38,078 bases of DNA from a virus. This document shows, piece by piece, positions 28,024 through 35,413 of this stretch; the first letter of the stretch is position 1; each line of letters begins with the position of its first letter. A program made the position numbers and the translations under genes. Location of the stretch: the UHGV virus genome UHGV-1366664. One strand, written 5' to 3'. The notes beneath the pieces are model-generated. The model was not told the origin of the DNA. It worked only from the letters and a program-made list of their open reading frames with translations, and did not search any database.

Positions 28024-28293
28024 CTAAGCATACTGTTCCTCCGACTTGTCCACTGCTATTTCCAGTAATCCTTTGACTGCATCGATTGCGTTATCTAAGG
28101 CGTAATCCGACTCGATTTTTATGTTTAAATCGTAGTCACCTACCGCAAATCCGTTTTTCATAGCGTATAAAGAGATTCTGTCTCCGAAATTCGAAAAATC
28201 AATTTCTATGTACGGGAATCCGTTTTTGCCTTTTCCGCGATCTTGAATGTCAAGAACTAAATCCAAAAGCTCATGTATTTTCTTTCTATCCAT
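28024..28293 (-). CDS. Hypothetical protein
   Basis: 89 aa ORF. Confidence 0.45.
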   Translation of the reverse strand: MDRKKIHELLDLVLDIQDRGKGKNGFPYIEIDFSNFGDRISLYAMKNGFAVGDYDLNIKIESDYALDNAIDAVKGLLEIAVDKSEEQYA

Positions 28294-28380
28294 TGCTTAT
28301 CCTCCTAAAATCTGTTAATATAGAATCGTATTTTTTCCTGAGTACCTACGGCTCCCCAGCCTTTTTGTAGGTGCTCATTT

Positions 28381-28566
28381 TTAATACCCAAATATCAACC
28401 ACCATCCGATCAACGCCAGCACGAACCCGATCACAGCTGCTGCAATCTTATGCCAGTAAGGCTTGTCCTTTTCCGGCAATTCAACCGATACGGAGCGGAT
28501 ATCCCAACTGTTTAAAGCGTTCGGCTGCTGGGTGGTCTGGCAGTGATAAGTTCCTTTAATCTCCAT
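28381..28566 (-). CDS. Small membrane protein (C-terminal TM helix)
   Basis: 61 aa, C-terminus KIAAAVIGFVLALIGWWLIFGY. Confidence 0.4.
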   Translation of the reverse strand: MEIKGTYHCQTTQQPNALNSWDIRSVSVELPEKDKPYWHKIAAAVIGFVLALIGWWLIFGY

Positions 28567-28587
28567 GCTTGTCCTCCTTTCTACCGC

Positions 28588-28782
28588 CTAAGCGGTTTTC
28601 TCTTTTCGTATCAATGCTCCCTGAATAATCCGGCAACATCCATCTATAAGTTTTTTAACTTCCTCTTCTGTGCGATCCACATAACAATCATCATGTACTC
28701 GGATTGTTGCATTTTTTACTTTTACTGTTTCTACGATCAAAATCATCACCTCTCTACTATGTATGCAGGTTGGATTGTCCAA
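28588..28782 (-). CDS. Hypothetical small protein
   Basis: 64 aa ORF. An internal Met (MILIVETVKV) is a possible alternative start. Confidence 0.35.
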   Translation of the reverse strand: MDNPTCIHSREVMILIVETVKVKNATIRVHDDCYVDRTEEEVKKLIDGCCRIIQGALIRKEKTA

Positions 28783-28793
28783 GGTATGTTGTC

Positions 28794-28952
28794 CTAATCA
28801 TTCTCTTTTTCCTCTACCACATCCATATCTGATCTCGCTTTCAGAATATCCATGCTATTCTTGGCGAGCATAAACCCCTGCGGATCATTTTCTGCCAGAT
28901 ACTTCGCTTTTTTAACCATTTCTGCAATCTCTTTTCTGTCTTTTTCGCTCAT
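28794..28952 (-). CDS. 52-aa hypothetical protein
   Basis: Hand-translated: MSEKDRKEIAEMVKKAKYLAENDPQGFMLAKNSMDILKARSDMDVVEEKEND. Strong RBS AGGAGGT 6 nt upstream of the ATG at 28952. Confidence 0.4.
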   Translation of the reverse strand: MSEKDRKEIAEMVKKAKYLAENDPQGFMLAKNSMDILKARSDMDVVEEKEND

Positions 28953-28961
28953 GCGTACCTC

Positions 28962-29726
28962 CTATGCTGCATTCTGCTCAATTACTGGATAAATACCGTT
29001 TTTCTTAAGTTCCTCGTACAGGAATAACCGTCCTTTCTGCGTCCACTGCGTCTGCATTGTTACATCCGGATCTCCGTTGCTCCTCGTAATGTCAATCGTT
29101 TTACTATGTACATAGCCGCAATTCTGATATTTTGAGTAGAGAACCCACTGTTTATTAACCTTGTACTGGATTTTCATATCATTCAAAATCCGGTTAAATC
29201 GCACCGCTGACATTCCGTAGTCTTTGGCGATCTGTGTAGTTGCCACCAACGATTTTGATTCCAGAATATGGTCAACATAGTTCGCTTTTGGTGTCATTTC
29301 CTCGATTAGCTTTTGTTGCTCTACCACTTGTCCGCCAAGGAATTTGCATCTGTCTTTCAGACTGTCAATGGTCTTGCCTGCCATCTTTAAGGCTCTTGCC
29401 ATTACCTGTTCTGGTGTATTCCATGCTTTCTCGAGGTCAATCAATCTTTGTCTGCATTCTCTCCCTTTGTCGGTTCTGCTCATAAGGCAAATGTGCTTTG
29501 CCATGTCAGTTGAGACTTGGTAGTCTTGCACTTCCTTTTCACCACCATACTGATTGCTATGTACCTTTAGGTACGCACCATTAAAATCCTCATTCTCAAT
29601 AAATCCTTGCGAATTCTTTTCGAACCATTCAGAAAATCTTTTTCTGATTCCAAGAGCCTTATGAAGATCTCTGGCTGATACGGTTGGTTCGTTACCGTCC
29701 GTGTTGATTACAAATAATTCGTTCAA
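28962..29726 (-). CDS. ant: Phage antirepressor (N-terminal AntA/pRha-like domain plus C-terminal KilA-C/ANT domain)
   Basis: 254 aa, first gene of the leftward early operon. N-terminus [20 protein letters not shown] is Rha/AntA-like. The C-terminal half is KilAC-like. TTG start at 29726 with GGAGG 8 nt upstream. Confidence 0.7.
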   Translation of the reverse strand: MNELFVINTDGNEPTVSARDLHKALGIRKRFSEWFEKNSQGFIENEDFNGAYLKVHSNQYGGEKEVQDYQVSTDMAKHICLMSRTDKGRECRQRLIDLEKAWNTPEQVMARALKMAGKTIDSLKDRCKFLGGQVVEQQKLIEEMTPKANYVDHILESKSLVATTQIAKDYGMSAVRFNRILNDMKIQYKVNKQWVLYSKYQNCGYVHSKTIDITRSNGDPDVTMQTQWTQKGRLFLYEELKKNGIYPVIEQNAA

Positions 29727-29853
29727 TACCTTTTACCTCCTATTTTTATTGCCGTCGTAACCTCCGTGGCGGGATTGCTTTCTTTTTGCTTATCTCCTAT
29801 ACTGTAAATACAGGGCACTGCCATGCCTGAGTATTACGAAAGGAGAAATACAT

Positions 29854-30627
29854 ATGTCTGACGAAATAAAATTACCAAATGAAGTTATCAATAAGTTTTA
29901 TGATGATGGATTGCACCAAGCTGTTGTAGAAACAGGAAAGCTTATTAGTCTAATCCCGAGAGCTATAAATGCTGCACTGTCACCAATAGAGTGTTGGATA
30001 TTAGGGAAAGAACATAACTCCAAAATGGTGAATCAGCTTTTAAACGAAAGCTTAAAAAATGCTGATCCTGAAAAAATAGTTCCACCAGCTCCATACGTAG
30101 CTGTTCCTGCAATTCAAGCCATTTCGTATTCGATGGATAGTGATGAGCTCAGAAACCTTTACGCAAACCTCTTGGCGAAATCAATTTATTCAGACACAAA
30201 AGATATGGTTCATCCTGCTTACGTGGAAATTATTAAAAATCTATCTCCATTGGACTGTAAAGTATTTCAGTCTATAATGGAGAAAGAAACGCAAGAAATC
30301 GGATATTATGAAATGAGATTAGGTACTGTCGGAGAAAATTCTTACACTATAATTCTTCCGTGTGTTACCGAGCTAACATTCGCATCACCAATCGAAATAA
30401 GTGCGTCATTAGATAATCTCTCAAGGAATAAATTAGTCGTTCTTGAGGATTTTCATTATGTAGATGATGGAATGTATGCTTGCATTAGAAGCACTTCGGC
30501 CTACAAAGCATTGATGGCTTCTTTTAAGTCACGCCCAAACAATAAGGAATTACGTCCATATCCGAAATCCATTAAATCTACAAGCTTCGGAAAAGCATTT
30601 CATAATGTTTGCGTCAAACCGATTTAA
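29854..30627 (+). CDS. Abi-alpha (DUF4393)-like protein, putative abortive-infection / superinfection-immunity moron
   Basis: 257 aa, AT-rich, opposite strand to the early operon, RBS AAAGGAGAAATACAT-ATG. N-terminal KFYDDGLHQAVVETGKLISLIPRAIN and central LRNLYANLLAKSIY...HPAYVEIIKNLSPLDCKVF resemble the Abi_alpha family profile. Family call is from memory, not a search. Confidence 0.5.
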   Translation: MSDEIKLPNEVINKFYDDGLHQAVVETGKLISLIPRAINAALSPIECWILGKEHNSKMVNQLLNESLKNADPEKIVPPAPYVAVPAIQAISYSMDSDELRNLYANLLAKSIYSDTKDMVHPAYVEIIKNLSPLDCKVFQSIMEKETQEIGYYEMRLGTVGENSYTIILPCVTELTFASPIEISASLDNLSRNKLVVLEDFHYVDDGMYACIRSTSAYKALMASFKSRPNNKELRPYPKSIKSTSFGKAFHNVCVKPI

Positions 30628-30787
30628 ACATTTCTTTGATATTTTCAAAGATTGCTTTTAATTCCTTGCTCTCTTCATCATGGCATTTTAAATGTAAAAG
30701 TATAGCGTTTTGCTGGCTTTGAGTTTTACACTCGAGGTCAGCAATTCTTTTTTCGAGAGCATCAAACTTCTTTTTTGGTACCCACAT
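30614..30787 (-). CDS. 57-aa coiled-coil small ORF convergent with, and overlapping, the 3' end of the Abi-alpha-like gene
   Basis: Hand-translated: MWVPKKKFDALEKRIADLECKTQSQQNAILLHLKCHDEESKELKAIFENIKEMFKSV. RBS AAGAGGAAG. Overlaps the Abi gene by 14 nt in antisense. Confidence 0.3.
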   Translation of the reverse strand: MWVPKKKFDALEKRIADLECKTQSQQNAILLHLKCHDEESKELKAIFENIKEMFKSV

Positions 30788-30841
30788 GTCATCTTCCTCT
30801 TTCTCCCCGTCATGCCGATAGGTCAGCTTTGTAAATTCAAT

Positions 30842-31051
30842 TTAATAAATAGCTTCTATTACATCGTGTTGAATCTTTACTAATCTTGCTTTGCTAAGTC
30901 TCATTAACACTCTTGTCATAAGTTCGTTTGATAAATACCAGTTCACGCCGTCTAATGCATCAAAGATTTTGCTTTTGTATTCTTTGTTTTCCTGTCCCCA
31001 GTTTAAAATTATGATTATGTTTTCTACGATTCCATTTTTCTTCATTTTCAT
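30842..31051 (-). CDS. Hypothetical 69-aa protein divergent from the repressor gene (Cro-position)
   Basis: ORF-track ORF MKMKKNGIVENIIIILNWGQENKEYKSKIF.... Shares the 158-bp promoter/operator region with the XRE repressor gene. No obvious HTH. Confidence 0.4.
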   Translation of the reverse strand: MKMKKNGIVENIIIILNWGQENKEYKSKIFDALDGVNWYLSNELMTRVLMRLSKARLVKIQHDVIEAIY

Positions 31052-31106
31052 TTCCTCGCTTTCGGTTTGTGGTGTTGTTTTGTTGTCTATGGTTACATTA
31101 TACTGA

Positions 31107-31152
31107 CCTTTGGTAACTTTGTCAACTCTTTTTTGTTGCCTTTGGTAACTTT
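31107..31152. promoter_or_regulatory. Two direct repeats CCTTTGGTAACTTT (31107-31120 and 31139-31152), candidate operator sites
   Basis: Exact 14-bp direct repeat, 32 bp apart, immediately upstream of and overlapping the -35 region of the repressor promoter. Confidence 0.4.
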
Positions 31153-31157
31153 TTTTC

Positions 31158-31186
31158 TTGACTTTGACTTTTTACTGATATATAAT
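31158..31186 (+). promoter_or_regulatory. Sigma-70-type promoter of the XRE repressor gene
   Basis: TTGACT (31158-31163), 17-bp spacer, TATAAT (31181-31186). The RBS-ATG lies 24 nt downstream. Confidence 0.6.
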
Positions 31187-31209
31187 GTAATCAGAAAGGC
31201 GGTGAATAA

Positions 31210-31608
31210 ATGTCTTACGGGAAAAGAGTATTTGATCTGAGAAAGCAGTTAAATTTAACTCTCGAGAAATTCGGTGAACCACTAGGAGTGACTAAGACTG
31301 CGATCTCTAGAATAGAGAAAGAAGAACGTACAATAACAGATCAAATGGCTAAAGCCATATGTAGAGAATATGGAGTGAACGAAGAATGGCTATTATCTGG
31401 AACAGGCGAAATGTTCAAGCAACCATCCGATGAAATTGGCTATTATGTAGAAGATTTACTGGAATATGACGGACATGGAAATCCTTTTTACGATATGATC
31501 ATAGAAATGATGAAGAAATATCAAGAACTGGATGAAAAATCAAAAACTGTTATACGAGAGTACTTCAAAAGCGTAGGATCTGGATTAAATGAGAAAAGGG
31601 AAGACTAA
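31210..31608 (+). CDS. XRE-family HTH transcriptional repressor (CI-like, no peptidase domain)
   Basis: 132 aa. N-terminal HTH_3 (LRKQLNLTLEKFGEPLGVTKTAISRIEKEERTITDQMAKAICREYGVNEEWLL) plus a C-terminal domain. Confidence 0.75.
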   Translation: MSYGKRVFDLRKQLNLTLEKFGEPLGVTKTAISRIEKEERTITDQMAKAICREYGVNEEWLLSGTGEMFKQPSDEIGYYVEDLLEYDGHGNPFYDMIIEMMKKYQELDEKSKTVIREYFKSVGSGLNEKRED

Positions 31609-31801
31609 AGTCTCCCTCTTCGCTCCAGATACCTATATAATATCGAAACAAGCTGTTTGATGATTTTGTAGTCATTACCATCTAGCTTGGATAACAAGAT
31701 ATTTAATTCGTCCATCGCAAGTCCCTCCTAACTGCAAAACACATGTTCGAAATTCCTGAACATATAATACTATCTCAGGGAACAAAAATCAATATTTTGT
31801 T

Positions 31802-31814
31802 CGAACATTTGTTC
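31802..31814. promoter_or_regulatory. Candidate Cheo-type LexA box CGAACATTTGTTC
   Basis: GAAC-N4-GTTC core matches the Gram-positive SOS box consensus CGAACRNRYGTTCG in 11 of 12 defined positions. It overlaps the 8-bp palindrome GTTCGAAC, and a related TGTTCGAA copy lies at 31743. Confidence 0.3.
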
Positions 31815-31893
31815 TGCTATTTTTTGGTACTTATGTACCTCTCTATTAAGTTAACAATCCAAAACAGGGAAACTTACGCGAAAATGGACAATC

Positions 31894-31909
31894 GTCCCAT
31901 ATCTGGGAC
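31894..31909 (-). terminator. Hairpin GTCCCA-TATC-TGGGAC just downstream of the small XRE gene (weak terminator candidate)
   Basis: Perfect 6-bp inverted repeat 3 nt after the TAA at 31912-31914, followed on the minus strand by GAUUGUCCAUUUUCG (interrupted U tract). Confidence 0.3.
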
Positions 31910-31911
31910 AC

Positions 31912-32109
31912 TTATTGGTATGGAGAGTCGATAAGGTCAGAAATTCGGACTTTTAAGCCCTTAGCAAGCAATTCCAGTGTGTCAGCTGTCGGTGATATTT
32001 CACCGTTTGCAATGCGACTGACGGTTGATTTTGATATTCCGGTCGCAATGGATACTTGCCGAGTAGATAGGTTTTTATCGTGCATGATCTTATCGAGTAG
32101 TATCTTCAT
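31912..32109 (-). CDS. Small XRE-family HTH protein (Cro/CI-type)
   Basis: 65 aa: LSTRQVSIATGISKSTVSRIANGEISPTADTLELLAKGL. Divergent from the DUF4236 gene. Confidence 0.7.
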   Translation of the reverse strand: MKILLDKIMHDKNLSTRQVSIATGISKSTVSRIANGEISPTADTLELLAKGLKVRISDLIDSPYQ

Positions 32110-32242
32110 AACATTTTAATTGTAGTATATTCCGATACTGGAAACTACAGGGAAATACTGGAAATGATATAACCGCTTCGGCGTTTATATATAAGTTGTG
32201 GGAAAATGTGCAGAAGAGAAAAGAGGGTGAAATAGAAAAGGA

Positions 32243-33268
32243 ATGGGATTACGTTTCAGGAAGAGTTTTAAAATCGCTCCAGGTGTAAAGTTTAATCTTA
32301 ATAAAAATAGTCATAGCTTTACATTCGGAGGAAAAGGAATGCATTACACAGTTAATTCCAATGGGAAGAGAACGAAGAGTTTTGGAATTCCAGGGAGTGG
32401 ACTGTACTACACAGAAACAGAGAACGGAAAAACAAAGGAAGACAAAGGAAAAACAATGAGAAAAACATCAAACACAAGTGGTGGAGGGTGTCTTGCATCT
32501 ATCGTCTTACTTATAATGATATCTATCGCACTTGCGGCGTATTCACTTTTTTGGATACCTGCTATACCGATTTTGATATACTGCATTGCATCCAAAAAAT
32601 TCCGGCCTTATAGAGTCAGAAATACCATAATATGCTTAGTTGTATTTGCTACATCTCTGATAGTATTTATATGGTTAGGTTCCACGCCGGAATTAAACTC
32701 TATATCGGTAGATTGGGGGAAGGATAGATTTAACGTAGGCGATGTAACAGAAGTAAGGATTACGCCGAGTCCGTCAGATGCGAAAATCGAAGAGTTAGAA
32801 CTGTCGAAAAACGGCATTGCAACTCTTAAATATGAGGACGGAAAAGCAATTATTACATTCGAAAATTCCGGTGATACAGCACTATTTTTCACGGCGAACG
32901 GAGACATTAAGAGTAGTTCGAAAAATATTACAGTTGTAGACCCGGAAGAAGAAGCAAGATTAAAGGCTGAGGAAGAAGAGAGAATACGACTTGAGCAGGA
33001 AGCTCAGGCTGCTGAACAGGCAAGAATTGAGCAAGAACAGGCTGCCGCTGCTGAACAAGAAAGGATTGCACAAGAGCAAGCTGCAGCACAAGCAGCGCAA
33101 GAACAGGCTGCACAGCAAAGCCAAGATGATCCCATCGTGTATATAACAAACACTGGAGCCAAGTATCATAGCGCTGGATGCAGAACTTTAAAATCTAAGA
33201 TAGAAAAGCATCTATCTGAGGTACGCGGGGTTTATGAACCGTGCGGCATTTGCCATCCACCACAATAA
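32243..33268 (+). CDS. Membrane protein with N-terminal DUF4236 domain, two TM helices, Ig-like region, Glu/Gln/Ala-rich coiled coil and C-terminal Cys/His sunset-like motif
   Basis: MGLRFRKSFKIAPGVKFNLNKNS...GIPGSGLYY matches the DUF4236 N-terminal signature. TM segments at ~83-105 and ~120-145. C-terminus TGAKYHSAGCRTLKSKI...YEPCGICHPP. Confidence 0.6.
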   Translation: MGLRFRKSFKIAPGVKFNLNKNSHSFTFGGKGMHYTVNSNGKRTKSFGIPGSGLYYTETENGKTKEDKGKTMRKTSNTSGGGCLASIVLLIMISIALAAYSLFWIPAIPILIYCIASKKFRPYRVRNTIICLVVFATSLIVFIWLGSTPELNSISVDWGKDRFNVGDVTEVRITPSPSDAKIEELELSKNGIATLKYEDGKAIITFENSGDTALFFTANGDIKSSSKNITVVDPEEEARLKAEEEERIRLEQEAQAAEQARIEQEQAAAAEQERIAQEQAAAQAAQEQAAQQSQDDPIVYITNTGAKYHSAGCRTLKSKIEKHLSEVRGVYEPCGICHPPQ

Positions 33269-33441
33269 AATAAAAACCGCCCCTGCGCCAACAGAGACGG
33301 TCTACATACCCGAAGATATGCGATTAAAATCCAAGAATATTGTATCATCTTCGGAAACAGCTTGCAAGCGGAACATATGTTTTGCGCTGGCTGTTATTTT
33401 TGTACCCAAATTTAAATACAATAACATAGGAGTGTGATACA

Positions 33442-34974
33442 ATGTCTTATTTTATCTACGCCAGAAAATCCAGAAAAGACGCCGAACTGGAAGCGCTAGG
33501 GATTGATGTTCTGGAACGCCACATTACTACCCTGTTAGAGTTGGCAAAGACTCTCTCTCTTCCGATCGGTGCGATTTACCGGGAGGTTGTGTCCGGAGAC
33601 AGTATCGATGCCCGCCCAGTCATGACGCAAGTCCTCTCTGAGGTAGAAGCCTGTATGTGGGATGGTGCCCTCGTAATGGACGTAGATCGTCTGGCCAGAG
33701 GTGATACGATCGATCAGGGACGTGTGCAGCGTGCATTTTTTTATTCAAACACCCGGATTGTAACACCAAATAAAACCTACGATCCTGCAAACGAGTATGA
33801 TAATGAGTACTTTGAGTTCAGTTTATTTATGAGCCGCCGGGAGTACGCCACAATCAAGCGCCGAATGCAGCGTGGCAGGGAACGTTCCAGTTCTGACGGT
33901 TATTACGTTGGCAATGTTGCCCCTTATGGATGGGAGCGCGTCATTGCGCCGGATGGAAAACACTACTCTCTCGCCCCGCATCAGACAGAAGCACCCGTCC
34001 TTGATCTAATGTATGATCTGTGCGGAAATAAGCAGTACGGATACCAGAAAGCCTGTACCTATATGTCCAATATGGGAATCCTTGCAAGGAGTGGCAAACC
34101 TTTTACGCCCTCTACTTTAAAAGGGATTATCTCAAATCCAGCAAACATCGGTAAAGTCCGCTGGGGGCATCGTAAGACTGTCAGGGCTGTAAAGGATGGG
34201 CGTGTAGTAAAGTCCCGTCCAAAAGCCACAGATTACATCCTCTCAGATGCGGCATGGGCGCCACGGATCAGCCCAGACTTATTTAAACGCGCGAACCAAC
34301 CAAAAGGATGTTTTTCTGCTCCAGTCAGAAACGACAGACCGATACAAAATCTATTTGCAGGTCTGGTCAGATGCTCACAATGCGATCGGCTTATGGTCCG
34401 CAAGAAAGCGCAAACAAAAACGCCCTATGATATGCTGATCTGTCAGTATACAGAGTGCTCCACAGTCGGGATCCGGATCGATGAACTGGAAGAAGCTCTT
34501 CTGGGGTGGCTGAAAGACTACATAGCCAAGTATGAATTTTCTGACACTCATGAGGAAGATACTGCCGCTATTGCCGCAAAAGAATTGATCGTCACAAATT
34601 TTGAGACTGAACATCAGACGCTTTTAAAACAGAGGGAATCCTTATTCGATTTTTTAGAGCAGGGAATTTACACGAAAGAAATTTTTATTGAGCGTTCGAA
34701 TGCGCTTGAGCAGCGGATCAGAGACTGCATGAATAACATCACTGCTGCCCGTGAAGATTTGCATACCACAATCGCAAGACAGGCAAACCGGAAGAATTTT
34801 GTGCCGAAGTGCAAGAATTTATTGAGTGAGTGGGACTCTCTGACTGTCTCGGAAAAGAACAGCGCCTTGAGACAGCTGATTGACAGGATTGTTCTGACTA
34901 AGACGAAACGGAACAAGAAAAACCAGAAAAACTCTGAATTCACAATCGATGTGTACCCGAAAGTGCCGAAATAA
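33442..34974 (+). CDS. int: Large serine recombinase (phage integrase)
   Basis: 510 aa. N-terminal resolvase-like catalytic domain (YARKSRKD...), recombinase domain, zinc ribbon (CSQCDRLMV...CQYTEC) and C-terminal coiled coil. RBS TAGGAGTG. Confidence 0.85.
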   Translation: MSYFIYARKSRKDAELEALGIDVLERHITTLLELAKTLSLPIGAIYREVVSGDSIDARPVMTQVLSEVEACMWDGALVMDVDRLARGDTIDQGRVQRAFFYSNTRIVTPNKTYDPANEYDNEYFEFSLFMSRREYATIKRRMQRGRERSSSDGYYVGNVAPYGWERVIAPDGKHYSLAPHQTEAPVLDLMYDLCGNKQYGYQKACTYMSNMGILARSGKPFTPSTLKGIISNPANIGKVRWGHRKTVRAVKDGRVVKSRPKATDYILSDAAWAPRISPDLFKRANQPKGCFSAPVRNDRPIQNLFAGLVRCSQCDRLMVRKKAQTKTPYDMLICQYTECSTVGIRIDELEEALLGWLKDYIAKYEFSDTHEEDTAAIAAKELIVTNFETEHQTLLKQRESLFDFLEQGIYTKEIFIERSNALEQRIRDCMNNITAAREDLHTTIARQANRKNFVPKCKNLLSEWDSLTVSEKNSALRQLIDRIVLTKTKRNKKNQKNSEFTIDVYPKVPK

Positions 34975-34996
34975 CGGTGCTTTCGGAGTATATTCA

Positions 34997-35048
34997 TTAG
35001 CTGCATCTTTTACGAGCGTATTCTTTCGCCCATCCAAGATGCAACTAA
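34997..35048. other. Candidate attP: 13-bp imperfect inverted repeats TTAGCTGCATCTT / AAGATGCAACTAA flanking a 26-bp core
   Basis: 52-bp element 23 nt after the integrase stop, one mismatch between arms. Size and symmetry fit serine-integrase attP sites. Located between int and the lysis cassette. Confidence 0.4.
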
Positions 35049-35100
35049 TCCACATTAAATAAGTAGTAACTTTTTGATAAAAATAAGATTGATACAATAT

Positions 35101-35280
35101 TCAGGACGGCAACTCCATCCGCCCAACACTCATATACGCTGCACGTAAAAAGGTGTGCATCATTTCGGTTGTCAAGATCATCCCTCTTGGCAGCCGGAAC
35201 TTGAATGTATTACCTGGTATCTCCAAAAACTCTTGGTAAAGCAAAAATGTATCGTAAGATTCGTAGATCTGGTATTCCAT
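35101..35280 (-). CDS. 59-aa hypothetical protein downstream of the endolysin
   Basis: Hand-translated: MEYQIYESYDTFLLYQEFLEIPGNTFKFRLPRGMILTTEMMHTFLRAAYMSVGRMELPS. RBS AGAGGGGGAA 5 nt upstream of the ATG at 35280. Confidence 0.4.
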   Translation of the reverse strand: MEYQIYESYDTFLLYQEFLEIPGNTFKFRLPRGMILTTEMMHTFLRAAYMSVGRMELPS

Positions 35281-35379
35281 GATTGTTCCCCCTCTTGCAT
35301 TGATTACATATTATTATAACACAGAGGGGCTTGAATTGAATTTATTAAAAAATACATTTCACTGACAAATAATATTATT

Positions 35380-35406
35380 CCCCTCAGAGAGCTGATCTCC
35401 GAGGGG
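35380..35406. terminator. Bidirectional intrinsic terminator between the endolysin gene and the small ORF
   Basis: CCCCTCAGAGA-GCTGA-TCTCCGAGGGG forms a 10-11-bp stem with one mismatch. It is followed by ATTTTTATT on the plus strand and preceded by a T/A-rich run on the minus strand, immediately after the endolysin stop (35414-35416). Confidence 0.5.
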
Positions 35407-35413
35407 ATTTTTA

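Noticed and set aside
29802-29813. CTGTAAATACAG palindrome as a LexA box
   Set aside because: It resembles the E. coli-type CTGT-N8-ACAG box but has only a 4-bp spacer, and the rest of the element looks Gram-positive. Kept only as a possible operator for the divergent ant/Abi promoters.
32407-33169. Minus-strand ORFs (62, 99, 73 and 69 aa) inside the DUF4236 membrane-protein gene
   Set aside because: They are antisense to a strongly supported plus-strand gene. The Leu/Gln/Ser-rich products arise from antisense reading of the Glu/Gln/Ala repeat region, and they lack an RBS.
33234-33437. 67-aa plus-strand ORF between the membrane protein and the integrase
   Set aside because: It overlaps the end of the upstream gene in another frame, has no RBS, and contains the integrase RBS region, so it is probably non-coding intergenic sequence.
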